Source: Mizuhopecten yessoensis
Lineage: Eukaryota
DNA: 64,000 nucleotides
Reading direction: 5' to 3'
NCBI RefSeq assembly: GCF_002113885.1
Contig: NW_018408761.1
Location: forward strand, 941,580 to 1,005,579
Position numbers and translations under genes: made by a program. Of this stretch, positions 1 through 12,128 are shown piece by piece (the stretch's first letter is position 1; every line of letters starts with the position of its first letter). Below the pieces are notes generated by a model. The model saw nothing but the letters and a program-made list of their open reading frames with translations, did no database searches and had not been told where the DNA came from.

Positions 1-1095
1 ATTTATATACAGAGTGGATGTCTAGTATCCTCTATGATTCTGGTATTAATATGCAGAGTGGATGTCGAGTATCCTCTATGACTATGGTATTGACATACAG
101 AGTGGATGTCGAGTACCCTTTTTGACTATGGTATTTACATACAGAGTGGATGTCGAGTATCCGCTATGACTATGGTATTTATATACAGAGTGGATGTCCA
201 GTACTCTCTATGACTATGAGTATCCTCTATGACTATGGGATTAATATACAAAGTGGATGTCCAGTACTCTCTATGACTATGAGTATCCTCTATGACTATC
301 GTCTTTACATACAGACTGGATGTCGAGTGACTGTGCTATTTACATGCAGAGTGGATGTCGAGGATCCGCTATGACTATGGGATTTATATACAGAGTGGAT
401 GTTCAGTACTCTCTATGACTATGGGATTTACATACAGAGTGGATGTCTAGTATCCTCTATGATTCTGGTATTAATATGCAGAGTGGATGTCGAGTATCCT
501 TTATGAATATGGTATTGACATACAGAGTGAATGTCGAGTATCCTCTATGACTGTGCTATTTACATACAGAGTGAATGTCGAGTACCCTCTATGACTGTGC
601 TATTTAGATACAGACTGGATGTCGAGTATCCTCTATGACTATGGTATTTACATACAGAGTGGATGTCGAGTATCCTCTAAGACTATCGTCTTTACATACA
701 GAGTGGATGTCGAGTGCCCTCTATGACTGTGCTATTTACATACAGAGTGAATGTCGAGTATCCTCTATGACTGTGCTATTTAGATACAGAGTGGATGCCG
801 AATATCCTCTATGACTATGGTATTTACATACAGAGTGGATGTCGAGTATCCTCATGACTATGGTATTTACATACAGGGTGGATGTCGAGTATCATCTATG
901 ACTATGGTGTTTACATACAGAGTGGATGTCGAGTACCCTCTATTACTGTGTTATTTACATACAGAGTGAATGTCGAGTATCCTATATGACTATGGTATTT
1001 ACATACAGAGTGGATGTCGAGTATCCTCTATGACTATGGTATATACATACAGAGTGAATGTCGAGTATCATCTTTGAATATGGTATTTATACAAA
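1..1095. repeat. Satellite array of about 25 copies of a 44-bp monomer (consensus ~acagagtggatgtcgagtatcctctatgactatggtatttacat). The array runs into the window edge, so it probably extends upstream.
   Basis: The word acagagtgg recurs at positions 9, 53 and 97 with a 44-bp period. Monomers differ by a few substitutions. Confidence 0.95.
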
Positions 1096-2794
1096 GAATG
1101 GTTGTTTAAACTCGCCTTATGGAACACAAGTGTTCTGAATGGCGCCGAATGGCAGGTACAGATGAAGAATGCATGGCTGTCAGGATAATTATGGTATAGC
1201 ACTGAGTTGTTTTAAAACAACATTTATATTGTGTTGCAGAGATGCCATTTTACTAATATTCTGATTTAACTTACGATGAAAGAGCATTTGGAAGTGATAA
1301 ATTACAACATTTGTTCCAATATATCTTCGGATTTTAAGCGATAACGTCAGTGCCAGTTACCCTGTTAAATTCTTTATTTCTTATCCCATTCACTAGCAAT
1401 TCAGAGTGTGCAGACTACTGATTTTCATTTAGGGTAATTGGCGAGTTAAGACATGAAATAAACAAGCAAGCTATACAAAAGTAGGCCATCGTCTACACAC
1501 AAGCCCAAGAGGTGAATACATACAAAAGGAAAGACTTCATCAGAACCCTTACAATCCGGAGGCGAAACGAAGAGCTCTTGACATGTGATCGTTCCTGGTT
1601 TCATACGTGGCAACCGTCATAACGTCTCAGGTCACATTCAGAATCCTAACTGTGAAGAATAAAATAGGTTAACACATATAATGGCGTCAGCACACAAGGA
1701 AGACATCGGGAACTTGGAAACCCCTCAACACAAAAGGAAAATATGTCATAAACCCGAAAAAGCACAGAGGCGAAAATGTGCTTCATAATGGCACGACATG
1801 TGGAAGCCGTTGTTATGTTTCTAGAAAAATATGAGGTAAGTCACCGACAACTTCGAACACTCAGTGATTAACTGGTTTTTTATCTCAGGAAACACTTAAG
1901 TTTATAAGAACACTGAAATCAGACCATGATAAGAACAGTAACATTGCCATCAACATAGTTTTAATATCCCCGGTAGAATTGCACACTGGTGGCTAAGTAC
2001 TAAATGGGCAACGGAACTCATCAATCCAGAAAACTGTAATACGTAGAACAAGCTATGGAGTCATTTAGCAAACTAAACACGTAAACTGCATCAATAGTAA
2101 GGTAAAGTTAGTAGTATTATGTAATATAAGGATATTCGGAAGCACGCATACCAGAATTCCACTTTCGGAATCATACTTTCGATTCACTAGAAGAAATCGC
2201 ATTCAATACATTTTTCTAAAAATACAAATTTATATTCATTATTAGGTGTATATTTCAGAACAAAGTATTTCTTCGAAATAATGAGATACTTCCCGAGTTT
2301 AGATTTCTCCTCTTAGATACTATAAGCAATACTATATGCATGTTAAAGATCCTGTCAGGCATAATATATATTTCTCCTTTACAACGCTGATTTGAAATGC
2401 GCAGTGCAGACTAACAGATCCACATCAGAGTCAGCTTAAGTAGTTAGATATAAGTCTGTATAACGTATGTGGTTGGTTGGTCAGGGGTTTGTTTGTTTAG
2501 CACTAACTCTTTAGCACCAGGTTTAGCAGTCAGCTTTTCTTGTTCATGCTGTTTATCCTGTTGTTCTGGGTGTCTTTTCAGTACCTGCTGTTGTCTGTCA
2601 GAGGGGTTTTTTCGTGTGTATTGTCGCTATTGTGTAAACATTTACTATGTCACTTGACAGCACCAATTAAAGCAGACCACTTCAAAATCGATTCGGATAT
2701 AAAAGCCAGGTCAAGCCCTATAAGTTTGCAAGCAAATATATACGACATGGTGTCTACAGAAAACAAGAAATGCATTGACAACATCCACCGTATA

Positions 2795-3125
2795 CTCTTC
2801 TGACCTTGAAAGCAAGGACACTGCATATTCTTATACATCAGCTGCTCTCCGCGAAATTATCAACAGGAACATCTTACCATTAAGCTGTACGATAAGAGGG
2901 ACGATTTTGACTTTCCTCTGAAGAATTTTCCCTTTCTTGATTGCAACAGCCAAACAGACAAACTTTCAACTCATGGTTTCCAAAGATGCGGATTGATGAC
3001 GACTATTGTCAAGTCATGACCTCTCCTAATGAAAATGCTATCCTTGTTCATATTGTGCCCCCGGTTTGTCGAGTTCGAATTATGTTTTTGTTTTGACTTT
3101 GGTATTCTCTTGTTTTGTTTTGCAG
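2795..3125 (+). mobile_element. Copy A of a dispersed non-autonomous element family. This is the short form, lacking the internal region, and ends in ...ttgcag.
   Basis: It shares a 5' module (..ttaagctgt.cgataag.gggacgattttgac.ttcc..) and a 3' module (cgagttcgaattatgg/gtttttgttttgactttggtattctcttg...ttgcag) with the copies at 9.7, 27.7 and 42.1 kb. Confidence 0.6.
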
Positions 3126-4251
3126 ATTATAGACATTTTCTCCGGAATTACCACACCAAGACAGTCATCATGTCAATGCGTGTTTAATTTAGGTTCGCCA
3201 ACGATTGATGGTTGGCTATAATGTTATTTAACTCGAGATATTTAATTTAAAGTAGAATGAAGACATGAAATTAACTAAGTGTCTTTTACAATTTGAAAAT
3301 CAACTAACAAGCTTGAGGACCTTTTTCTCCGAAAACTTAAATGTTTCTCTGGGGAAATACATTATTCCTGTTTCCGATCGAGGAAAACTGTTGTGGACAC
3401 TGACGTCACAATGGAAGATAACGTCACAAAGCATTGTTAAATGACCTAACTATTAGAAGATTGACCAATAAAATAACGTCCATTGTGTTATTCAATTAAA
3501 AATGTCTAACAACTTCTGGTAGGTAGGCATTGAGTCGAGGTGGAGGAACATACATGTATAGTGGTTGTGAGAGAAAAATAATTCCTACACAATTATGACA
3601 GTAATTCAATCGAGTTGACAACAGAGATGTGTCAACGCGTTGATATTTAAACTGATTAAAAAACTGCAGAAAATCATCAAAAAAATATTCTTTTTCCATC
3701 GTAAACGTCTGAAGGATCCCTTAACATTTAATATGATTATAACGTTTCGATAATACTGGAATGAAATTCGACCGAATTTGATAACATCACAAAATCAAAT
3801 TAGAAACTTGATATTTAACTTCTTTATCATGTAGATTTGGATAAAGACACAGAAATGGCTGGTCCAAAAACAAGTATTATAAAGTCTTTACAAAATGGAT
3901 ATCAAACGATCAACCAACTTTGCTAATAGTCAACTGTTTATTCAGGCCCCCTTGGCTTCTTTATATAAAAGTTTAACTGGTATTTGTTAATTATTGACCC
4001 CCATCGTTTGTCAAAAGCATGATATCCTGCTCATTGACTTCTTGAATTTTGGAAATTATTCTAAAATCGGTAACAAAAAAAAAAACATTTGTTTCTTATA
4101 TCCTGCAGTAATCCTTGTTTTAGTTATTCGTCAAATGGTACTTCAACTTGCCTATCTAGCCTATGCTAACAATACTCCACTTGTAGGTAGTAAGTTCCCG
4201 TGACCTCTCAAGGTGAACTATTTTACACGTGGCAGAGATTGTACGCTCAAT

Positions 4252-4323
4252 TGATTTGATAATGAACAGTGTGTCATGCCCAATGATACCTTTATCATTG
4301 AAACACTGTTCATTATCAAATCA
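4252..4323. ncRNA. 72-nt imperfect hairpin that is candidate miRNA-precursor-like. It has a perfect 21-bp outer stem (tgatttgataatgaacagtgt / acactgttcattatcaaatca) and an inner 8-bp stem (caatgata/tatcattg) with a 4-nt loop.
   Basis: The reverse complement of 4303–4323 equals 4252–4272 exactly. An asymmetric internal loop separates the two stems. Confidence 0.25.
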
Positions 4324-6704
4324 GATTAATCGGGGTTTAGTAATCATGTCAGCCATCAGGTTCAGATAATTAAATTTCATTCGATTGTGTACCAGATCCT
4401 GCGTTAGGACGTTATAGAAACTCAATAACGTAACCAATAACAATACGTGGATGAATCTGTACTGCCCCATTACACCACGTAGCCCTCGTGCAGGGGGATT
4501 CAATTTCTTATGTTACGAAGTAAATCATTCATATATTGCATTCCATATTAGAATAAATTAGGCGTGAAAGTCGTGATAGGTGCCCAGTGATTTTTAAGTA
4601 TTTGGCGAACAAGTACCACGTGACAAAGCTAAATCTCGGTAAACCTCGACAAACCTCGATTGATCTCGGAAATTATTGTTTTTTTCCGGTTGTTTCCCCC
4701 TTAAAACTTGTTGTTTTGGGAAATGTTTATGGTTTATGATACGACATATACATGTAGAATGTTAATATGAAAAATAGCAATACTATGAACGTCAGTTCTC
4801 CTTCTCTTCAAGTTCTCACGAGATTATAATCGCCTCGCCATCTTTGTAGCAATGCAATGACATTATAATTTCATTTGAAATAAAGACCTTGCTGTTGTGT
4901 TTTGACAATTCAATTGACAGTGACAATCACTGGTGATTTCCAAAGAAAAAGACACAAAATTTAACCTTATAACACTGTCGGTTTCACGATTTTCTGATTG
5001 GACTTTTTCGTTACAATTGGGATTACAACACATAGGAATATAATATTTAGATAGACTGTTTTTGGCTGTCGTCTTAAGGACTTTCAAGCATTTAAAACGG
5101 ATGATCCGAGAATGATCGTAAGTTCGCTGTGCCCATGGTTGTGAAAGAAGCCACTATGATGCCGACTACCAAATGATGCGTCAATATTTTCTGCAGAAGC
5201 CCAAGCAGCAATCTATCTCACAAATCAAATGCTAACCGCATTCATATCCTTTACATTGGAAATGTGAAGAAAATTTCAATTAGAAAAATATTAACATTAT
5301 TACATGATATTACCACCAAAAATGTATTTTTCATTATGCTTTGTTCCGTGACATGTAATACCAGATAATGACAAGGCAGTTCGCGCTGCAAAATCAGCTC
5401 TTTTGCTAACATCTGTTGATTTTAAACTTCATGTTACTGATTTTAAACTGTTTTTTAAGATCACAGTACCAAAAATATTAGAATCAACGCGTAGACAACA
5501 AATCAGACTCTTATAAACCAGAAATCGGTGAAAGGTACCCTAGCTACAGAGAAATGTGCCTAGACGAGATTGTCCTTACCCGTCTCCGGATGAGATATTC
5601 GTACATTACCCATTATTATGTATTGAAACGTGTAGACCATGCATATACATTACAATATATCTGATGATTCGTAGAGGCTTCCGTATACTTTTCCCCAGGA
5701 CCAATTACCCTCCATTGTGTGTGTATTAGACCTATGACGAAACACACCATGCTTAATTGTTTAGCTATAATCTAAAAACGATATCCTATAAATTGTGTCC
5801 GTGTCATGCAAAATGTCAATAAAGTGTACAAATGCAGACATGTTTTAGCAATAACTAAAAATAAATAAATCCATACTATATATATCTGGTCCTATTTACA
5901 TAAACCTTGGTCGTGACCTGTGGCCTGCCTTGAGGTAACACCTATAAGAGAAGGAGCGGTCGCTATTCATCAATGTTTAGATAGTGTATAGTAGACTCCT
6001 TATGGTCCTTTCAGAAGTAGTATATGTGTTGTTTAACTCCATAGTAACGTAACTATGAAGATACATAAAAGGTGCAAGAGTGACACTTCTTGTTCATATC
6101 ACTTTACAATTTAAGGATCCCTGTCCCACTGCACTGTGGGTGTTTTCCCTTTGGGCAGTAACCTCCCCCTTAACTTTCGTTAAAATATAACTGTAGCACA
6201 ATTGGGCCCGACCAGGTTACTTTATCGGTTAGCGCTAGTTCAACAGTTTAAGGTTCAGGGTTCGAATCAGGGTCTAACCTCGTGGTGTTTATAATGACAC
6301 CCAGAACACTGTTGTTGTTTATATATTTTGTTTATTTCTCAAAGAAGTCCCGCAAGGTATGTTTTTTTCGGAAATGATTAATCAAAACCATAGCCATGCA
6401 AGAAAAACAAGTTTCAATATTAAGTTACGATTTTTGGCACTGGTACGGGTCCTTATAATATCACAATGGTACTCTATACACGGATTTTAGGAAGTACATC
6501 AGGCGATCCAGGATAAATATAATTGCTGTAAAATCATAAACATAAAAGGAATTAGAGAACATGATTAAAGAGTGTTTGGCTAGAAGCAGCATAACAAATA
6601 CTGAGGCAGAAACAAATGTTTATGTTTGTGTTAGCATACATTTGGCCATTTAAGTTTGGTACCAGTGGTACTGGTGATTGCCAACTGAATTGAATGTGGA
6701 TTTG

Positions 6705-7100
6705 AGAACTCAAAACATATTTTGAACAACCTTGAACAATCGTTCAAAGTTTCAGGAATTTGACTTTTAAAATATCCCTATGGACACCTTTTCATCGTTC
6801 ATAGTTTCATCTATTTTGGATGTGAATTATGGTTTTGTTAACATTTCGGTATTCTCTGTTAGTTTTTTTCTTCTTTTTGTCATTATTGATATTGATGACA
6901 TTTTTGTCTCTGTGTGTTGACTATATGGCATGTGTAGTCCTTGTGTATTGATTCTGAGGTACAGTCATCAATTCTCTGACTGCTTGTTCATTTCGAAAAC
7001 ATATGGAATAACATCATAATTTCGCCCATTGAATCTCAAAATACAATTTGATCAACCTTGAAAAATCTTCCAAAGTTTCAGAACTGTTGACATTTCTACC
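6705..7100 (+). mobile_element. 3'-module-only fragment of the dispersed element family (6780–7040). It is bracketed by two diverged copies of a ~75-bp sequence (6705–6780 and 7025–7100).
   Basis: The segment gaattatggttttgttaacatttcggtattctc...catcataattt is shared with 10620–10810. The flanks ...caaccttgaa.aatc.tcaaagtttcag.a... are repeated either side. Confidence 0.5.
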
Positions 7101-9654
7101 ACATATACTTCAATACCTTATACAAAACTGCAGGAATGTCTTCGTTCGCCTATTTTGAGAACTTTCTTTCCCGTCAAAGACAAACGGTGATATGAATGTA
7201 AACGGTAGTTAGCGATAAACTATACGCGAGCGTATGTTTTGAAAACCACAACAAAGGCCAAGAAACATGTTTCCGTTGAGGAAATCGTTAGATTCACTGG
7301 GTTCCCTGTGGACACTACCTTTGTCGAGTTCCAGTAGAGTATCGGTATTCCAATGGGATCAAGCTGTGTCCGTCTCCTGTTCAATTTTTGTTCTAGACTG
7401 ATAGCAAAAACGTTGGTATGTCCATCGATTTCACTTTCAGATATATTTATCATTATAAAACACGTTACATTCTCGTAGCAAGAAGTGATTTTAATCACAT
7501 CTGTAAAAAGATGAACGTTACATCCACACAGTATGCCAAAATAGTTAACACTGCACTACACAGATGTTTTGTCCTTCTGAAACCCCCGTTAATCTCATCA
7601 ATTATCTGGAACTCATTTATAGTAAAACAACACAATTGTTTAATTGGCGTATTGAAATATTCAATTTCTAACGTAAGCGGTTTATCAACGCAATACACAC
7701 ATGTGGATAATCATTACACGTTTCTACAGGGTATGTTTAGAAGTAGTGTTTGCATTGTATTGTATAACGCATCCTTTGTGTACACTCCATGCAGTAGTGG
7801 TAAGACCAAAATATATATAAATAAATCCAGCATAAAGAACATTCTAAATAGTGACGTTTCTCAGTTCGACCAATTATTCACCAAAACCTTGAGAGCAGAA
7901 TAACAACAACGTTTCCGTGTATCTAAAAAAAAACTGTTATTGGTTTTGTTGGCAGCTGGAAGCGCTTAAATTACTATCCAATTTCGTCTGGCGAGATAAA
8001 AATATAAATGTGTTCCCTAGGCGAACCCAAATAATCGAATGCAGACAGGATTTATCTTCCAACTTCTAATGCTCCTATTTCTTATCGTTAATGTTCTTTA
8101 GATTTTGTACAAATTCAGTCACGAAAACGTGGCAGTGCAATCTGTCTTTGGGGTTATTTGAACACGTGAATTCTGTGTTACTTTGTAGTCAGTATGTGTG
8201 ACATAGTAGCACATGACCTTGCTCGATTTGTATTGGTAAAATCATTCCCATACTTCAGCTCCATCGTCGTACATCAGTCCATTAACAGTTCGACTAAAAT
8301 GTCTGACTTGCCCGCTTCACGGAAATAACAATTTCCTGTTTACTTTAATGCATAAACTCTAATAGATTAAATATCTAGATGACAGAAGGACGTCAGCCAA
8401 TATAAATATTTAAAAATGGTGATTTTTTATCATTCTAATTTCTTTGTATCAACATACTGATTGGTTATTGCATATAAGTGCACAGTTATATCAAGCACGT
8501 GATGCTTATAATGGAATTGTGCGCTTCATTAATATGGCTTTTCTGGTTTTATAACTGAAAAAAACGAGTCCTTTTTAAATGAAATTGCGGATTGTATACA
8601 GGTTCATATGGCACAGCCTGTGAAATATTTGTGTGTGACATTTCAATGACTTTATACAATATGAACCGTCATCAGAAATTACCATTCAAGTGGATGTACA
8701 CTTAGGTGTTGGGTGTATGAGATGGCAATCCAATCGGCAAGTCGATTCGACCACAATGTCTAAAGTGACTTGTCATTGATGTGTAAGAGTCTTGGAATGC
8801 TCCTATAACCTAAAAGACCTATACCATTACGGGGTATACATGTGTTTTTCTTCATACGTTGTTCGAACAAGATGTTATATTTTTTTCCCGATCAATTACG
8901 TGGTTTTAATGTGTGACATCACCTCTCCGACATATTCCTTTAGGGTATGATACATGTTACTTTAGGATTTCCGTGTCAGTGTGGCATTCAATGAGTAGGA
9001 TAACAAAGTACCTTCTATTCTCTTCGATACATATGTACGATGCGTCGCAGTTCTTGCATTCGGTTTTGTCCATCGGTTTTCGACAATTCCTGTATTCTTT
9101 GGTATATATAAAGTTTCTCAGGTGCCTCTTGTTTGGCTGTTTCTGTTGCTCTTATGGCAGCGATAAAGTCTCCTGATCGTTTTAGAAAAGCTTTTTTTTA
9201 AAGGTTGGTCACCTGACATTTCAACCCGTTAATATTCTTTGGAAACCTTGTTTTTTACATTGATTAAAAAAATGCTAGCCTTTCCTTCCTGTTCCAGATA
9301 TCTACATATTTTCATTGTACCACGGATATCCAAGTATCTATTTATAGCACATGAGGCGTAGGGTGCATGACGTCTTTCCTGTGTAATGTTGGTTGTGTAG
9401 ACGTTGTTTTCTTATAGTGCCACTGTGTGTTGATGCTGTGCGTATATTGGTCTTGTTTTGAAGATATGGTATATTCTGTCCTGCTTTATTCACTTTTTGG
9501 CAAATTTTGCTATTTTCCTGACGTGGTTTATTGTACCCTTTACTGACGTTATGATTTATTTAAATCCTTGTATATAAACACTGTGGTAAAAAAGAAATCA
9601 TAGCAATTTCGGTAGCAATTTTTAATCCTTGTGTGATGACAATGGGATATAACT

Positions 9655-10810
9655 TCTTGCCACATCAAACGTAGATACCTTCCAGAGCTTGAAATCATCC
9701 TCGCCACAGAGTCTTCAACTACAGTCGCTCTCCTGGATCTTAGCATAGCCTACAAGGGACAACTTCCTACTAAGCTGTAAAATAAGCGGCACGATTTCGA
9801 CTTTCCGATTGTAAACTTTCTCTTTTCTGATAGTAACATCCCTTACAGCATTCTCTTCCTACGGTGTGTACATGTTGCATTTGATTCGGTATTAGAGAGT
9901 TCCAAATAGCATGACTTCCGTGATAGATGTTGACGGATCAAGTTATAACAAAGGGTTTCCACAGTTACATGATGATCGACATGGTCGCAATCATGATCTG
10001 CAGAGACAAAATGCTATTTCATTGAGTGAAATGAAGGTAGATGTTTTTAATATGCTCATAAGGCTTTAAAGGTTGTGTGATCACTACCCGAGTTCTCAAC
10101 GTGAGAACTTGACATTACTTGGATTTGACCTAGACTTGCATGGCAGATAATTATAGTAATAATAATAATAATTCGAGGTTCTTATATACCGCTTCATCAG
10201 AACCTAGTTTGTAGGTCGTCTCAAAGCGGTTCACAAATTATTATTCGTGGTTATAGGGTCTTTGCAACCAGCCAATATCTTTCGCAACTTCATGGGGAGC
10301 ATACAGCCGGTGCTGCCATTTCGGCGCTCACAGCTAGCATTCTACAGTTCTAGCACTGCCCAACCACGTACTCAATTACAGCTGAGTAGACTGAAACAAG
10401 CGAATAAAGTGTCTTGCTCCACGATACAACACAGTGCTGTGTCGTGACTCGAACCCGCAACCCTCGGTCACGAAATCGGCGTACTACCACTAGACTAACG
10501 TGCCTCCTACCGGATGTCGGCGATGAAGCAGAATACGCTTTCCCTTCCGTTACACCTGGTCGTTGTCCAAAGTACTTGTGAAGTGGATCTTTTCTTTGTT
10601 CATAATTTGCCCTAATTTTATCTATTTTTAATTTGAATTATGATTATGTTAACATTTCGGTATGCTCTTATTCTTTTTTCCTTTTGTTGATGTTGATATT
10701 ATGGACATTTTTATCTTTAGGTGTTGACAATGTGTCCCTGGGTATTGATGCTGTGGTATATATTTAACAATTCTCTGATTGCCAGTTCATTGCAAACACA
10801 TATGACATGA
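9655..10810 (+). mobile_element. Copy B of the dispersed element family (long form). A nested SINE insertion at about 10150–10500 interrupts it.
   Basis: The 5' module at 9700–10150 is collinear with copy C (27690–28145). Alignment with copy C shows ...catggc[gg]gtgtcgtcgatgaagcag split by a 350-bp insertion. The 3' module lies at 10620–10810. Confidence 0.65.
10146..10503 (-). mobile_element. tRNA-derived SINE nested inside element copy B. On the minus strand it has a tRNA-like head with A box (TAGTCTAGTGG) and B box (GGTTCGAGTC), a body, a conserved 3' block cgctttgag...gaagcggtatataag, and an (ATT)n tail.
   Basis: The reverse complement of 10440–10503 is ggcacgttagtctagtggtagtacgccgatttcgtgaccgagggttgcgggttcgagtcacgac. 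On the plus strand, aataataataataatt at 10146–10162 is the reverse-complemented tail. The insertion is absent from the paralogous copy at 28145. Confidence 0.6.
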
Positions 10811-12128
10811 CATCATAATTTTACACAATGGATTGTCAGATGGTGAAGTAGTAAGCACACTCGCCTGTCACCAAAACTTTTTCTATTATTGATAACGAAA
10901 CACAGTCTAATTTAAAGTTTTTTGTTGTATTTTAAACATTTAACATTTAACATTTAATCAAGAAGTTTCTTTTCTCTTTTGTTTTAGGGGAGAGAAAATA
11001 AATCTATACTTTTTTTATTGTGACCTGCGATTGATTAATCCTTTCTAAGATGAAATAAAAAGTAACGTCCGTACTGACTTTCCCGGCAATTTCTATCATG
11101 TTGTCTTTCACTGAAGGCAAGCGTTGGTAAATCTAATTTCTGTAGTCTTTCTTCATTCGATAAATTGGAAAAATCCCGGTACTTATTTTGTTGACTCCAG
11201 AGTATTTGTTACTTTCCTTTCTATGTTTTCGCCTGATATTGAACATTTCAATATTCCTAATGTACTGCTCAGGTACAAGTAAACATAGTGTGATAGTCTC
11301 GTATCAAGCGTTGGTTTGTCTTAATGACATTTAACCTTTACGGATGTAAGATACGATTTTGGGGACAATTCAGTACAACAGATTGCTCTGAAATAACAAT
11401 TAGAAGGGTTCGATTGATGATCAATGTTGTCTTTACACGGTCTAAACGAAGTTAACGCTCGATTGTCTGGACTAAAGCCATTAGTATTACCACTAAAATG
11501 GCCACTATTTTTTTCTTATTTTCATTGTTGGTAAAACTGTTTGTCAAAAAACATTACACTTACACTCGGCTTGATCAAGATCTTGGTTGTGTTGTGTCTT
11601 CATCTCCATCCACGGATAACGAACAAAAAGTCCTCCAATGTCTTTCAATCATTGTCTGACTTTCTATCTAAATACTTAACCTTCCTGTCTTCTTTAAAAG
11701 CATGGAGCGCTACTCTGAATGTATTCTTCTTCGTAGCCTCTTGGTATTTTCGCAGCAAAAAATCTACACCTGTAAACAATACATTCAATAAACATCTTCC
11801 GTGATTAAAAGTTATTTGGGGAAGAAAAGCAGCTTATCCATGAATGCTTCTTTCCTGCGTGTATTCACAAATACATCTTTAATCGGTTTTTATTTTGTTT
11901 TGCCGAGAACGCCCGACTCTTTTACTCTATGCAATAATTAGGAACCTCTGATACCGCTTGAATGGTAGTTTCCTTTATAAAACAAAGAATCAACATCATA
12001 AATAATGACATTGTTTTCCTTGGCCTTCCACTCCTTTATCCTGCCACGGTATGTGATGGGATGTGTCCGATTAATCCCCTGCGTCGAGTGTATCAAGCAT
12101 ATCCGTTTTCCTGTTGGACGAACTGCCT

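Noticed and set aside
6225-6295. tRNA gene suggested by GGTTCGAATC.
   Set aside because: The T-arm cannot pair (caggg on both sides) and there is no acceptor stem. At most it is a SINE or pseudo-tRNA relic.
7418-7903. 161-aa plus-strand ORF.
   Set aside because: AT-rich codon composition and a low-complexity, non-protein-like sequence, with no splice or start context. It is the random ORF expected in AT-rich DNA.
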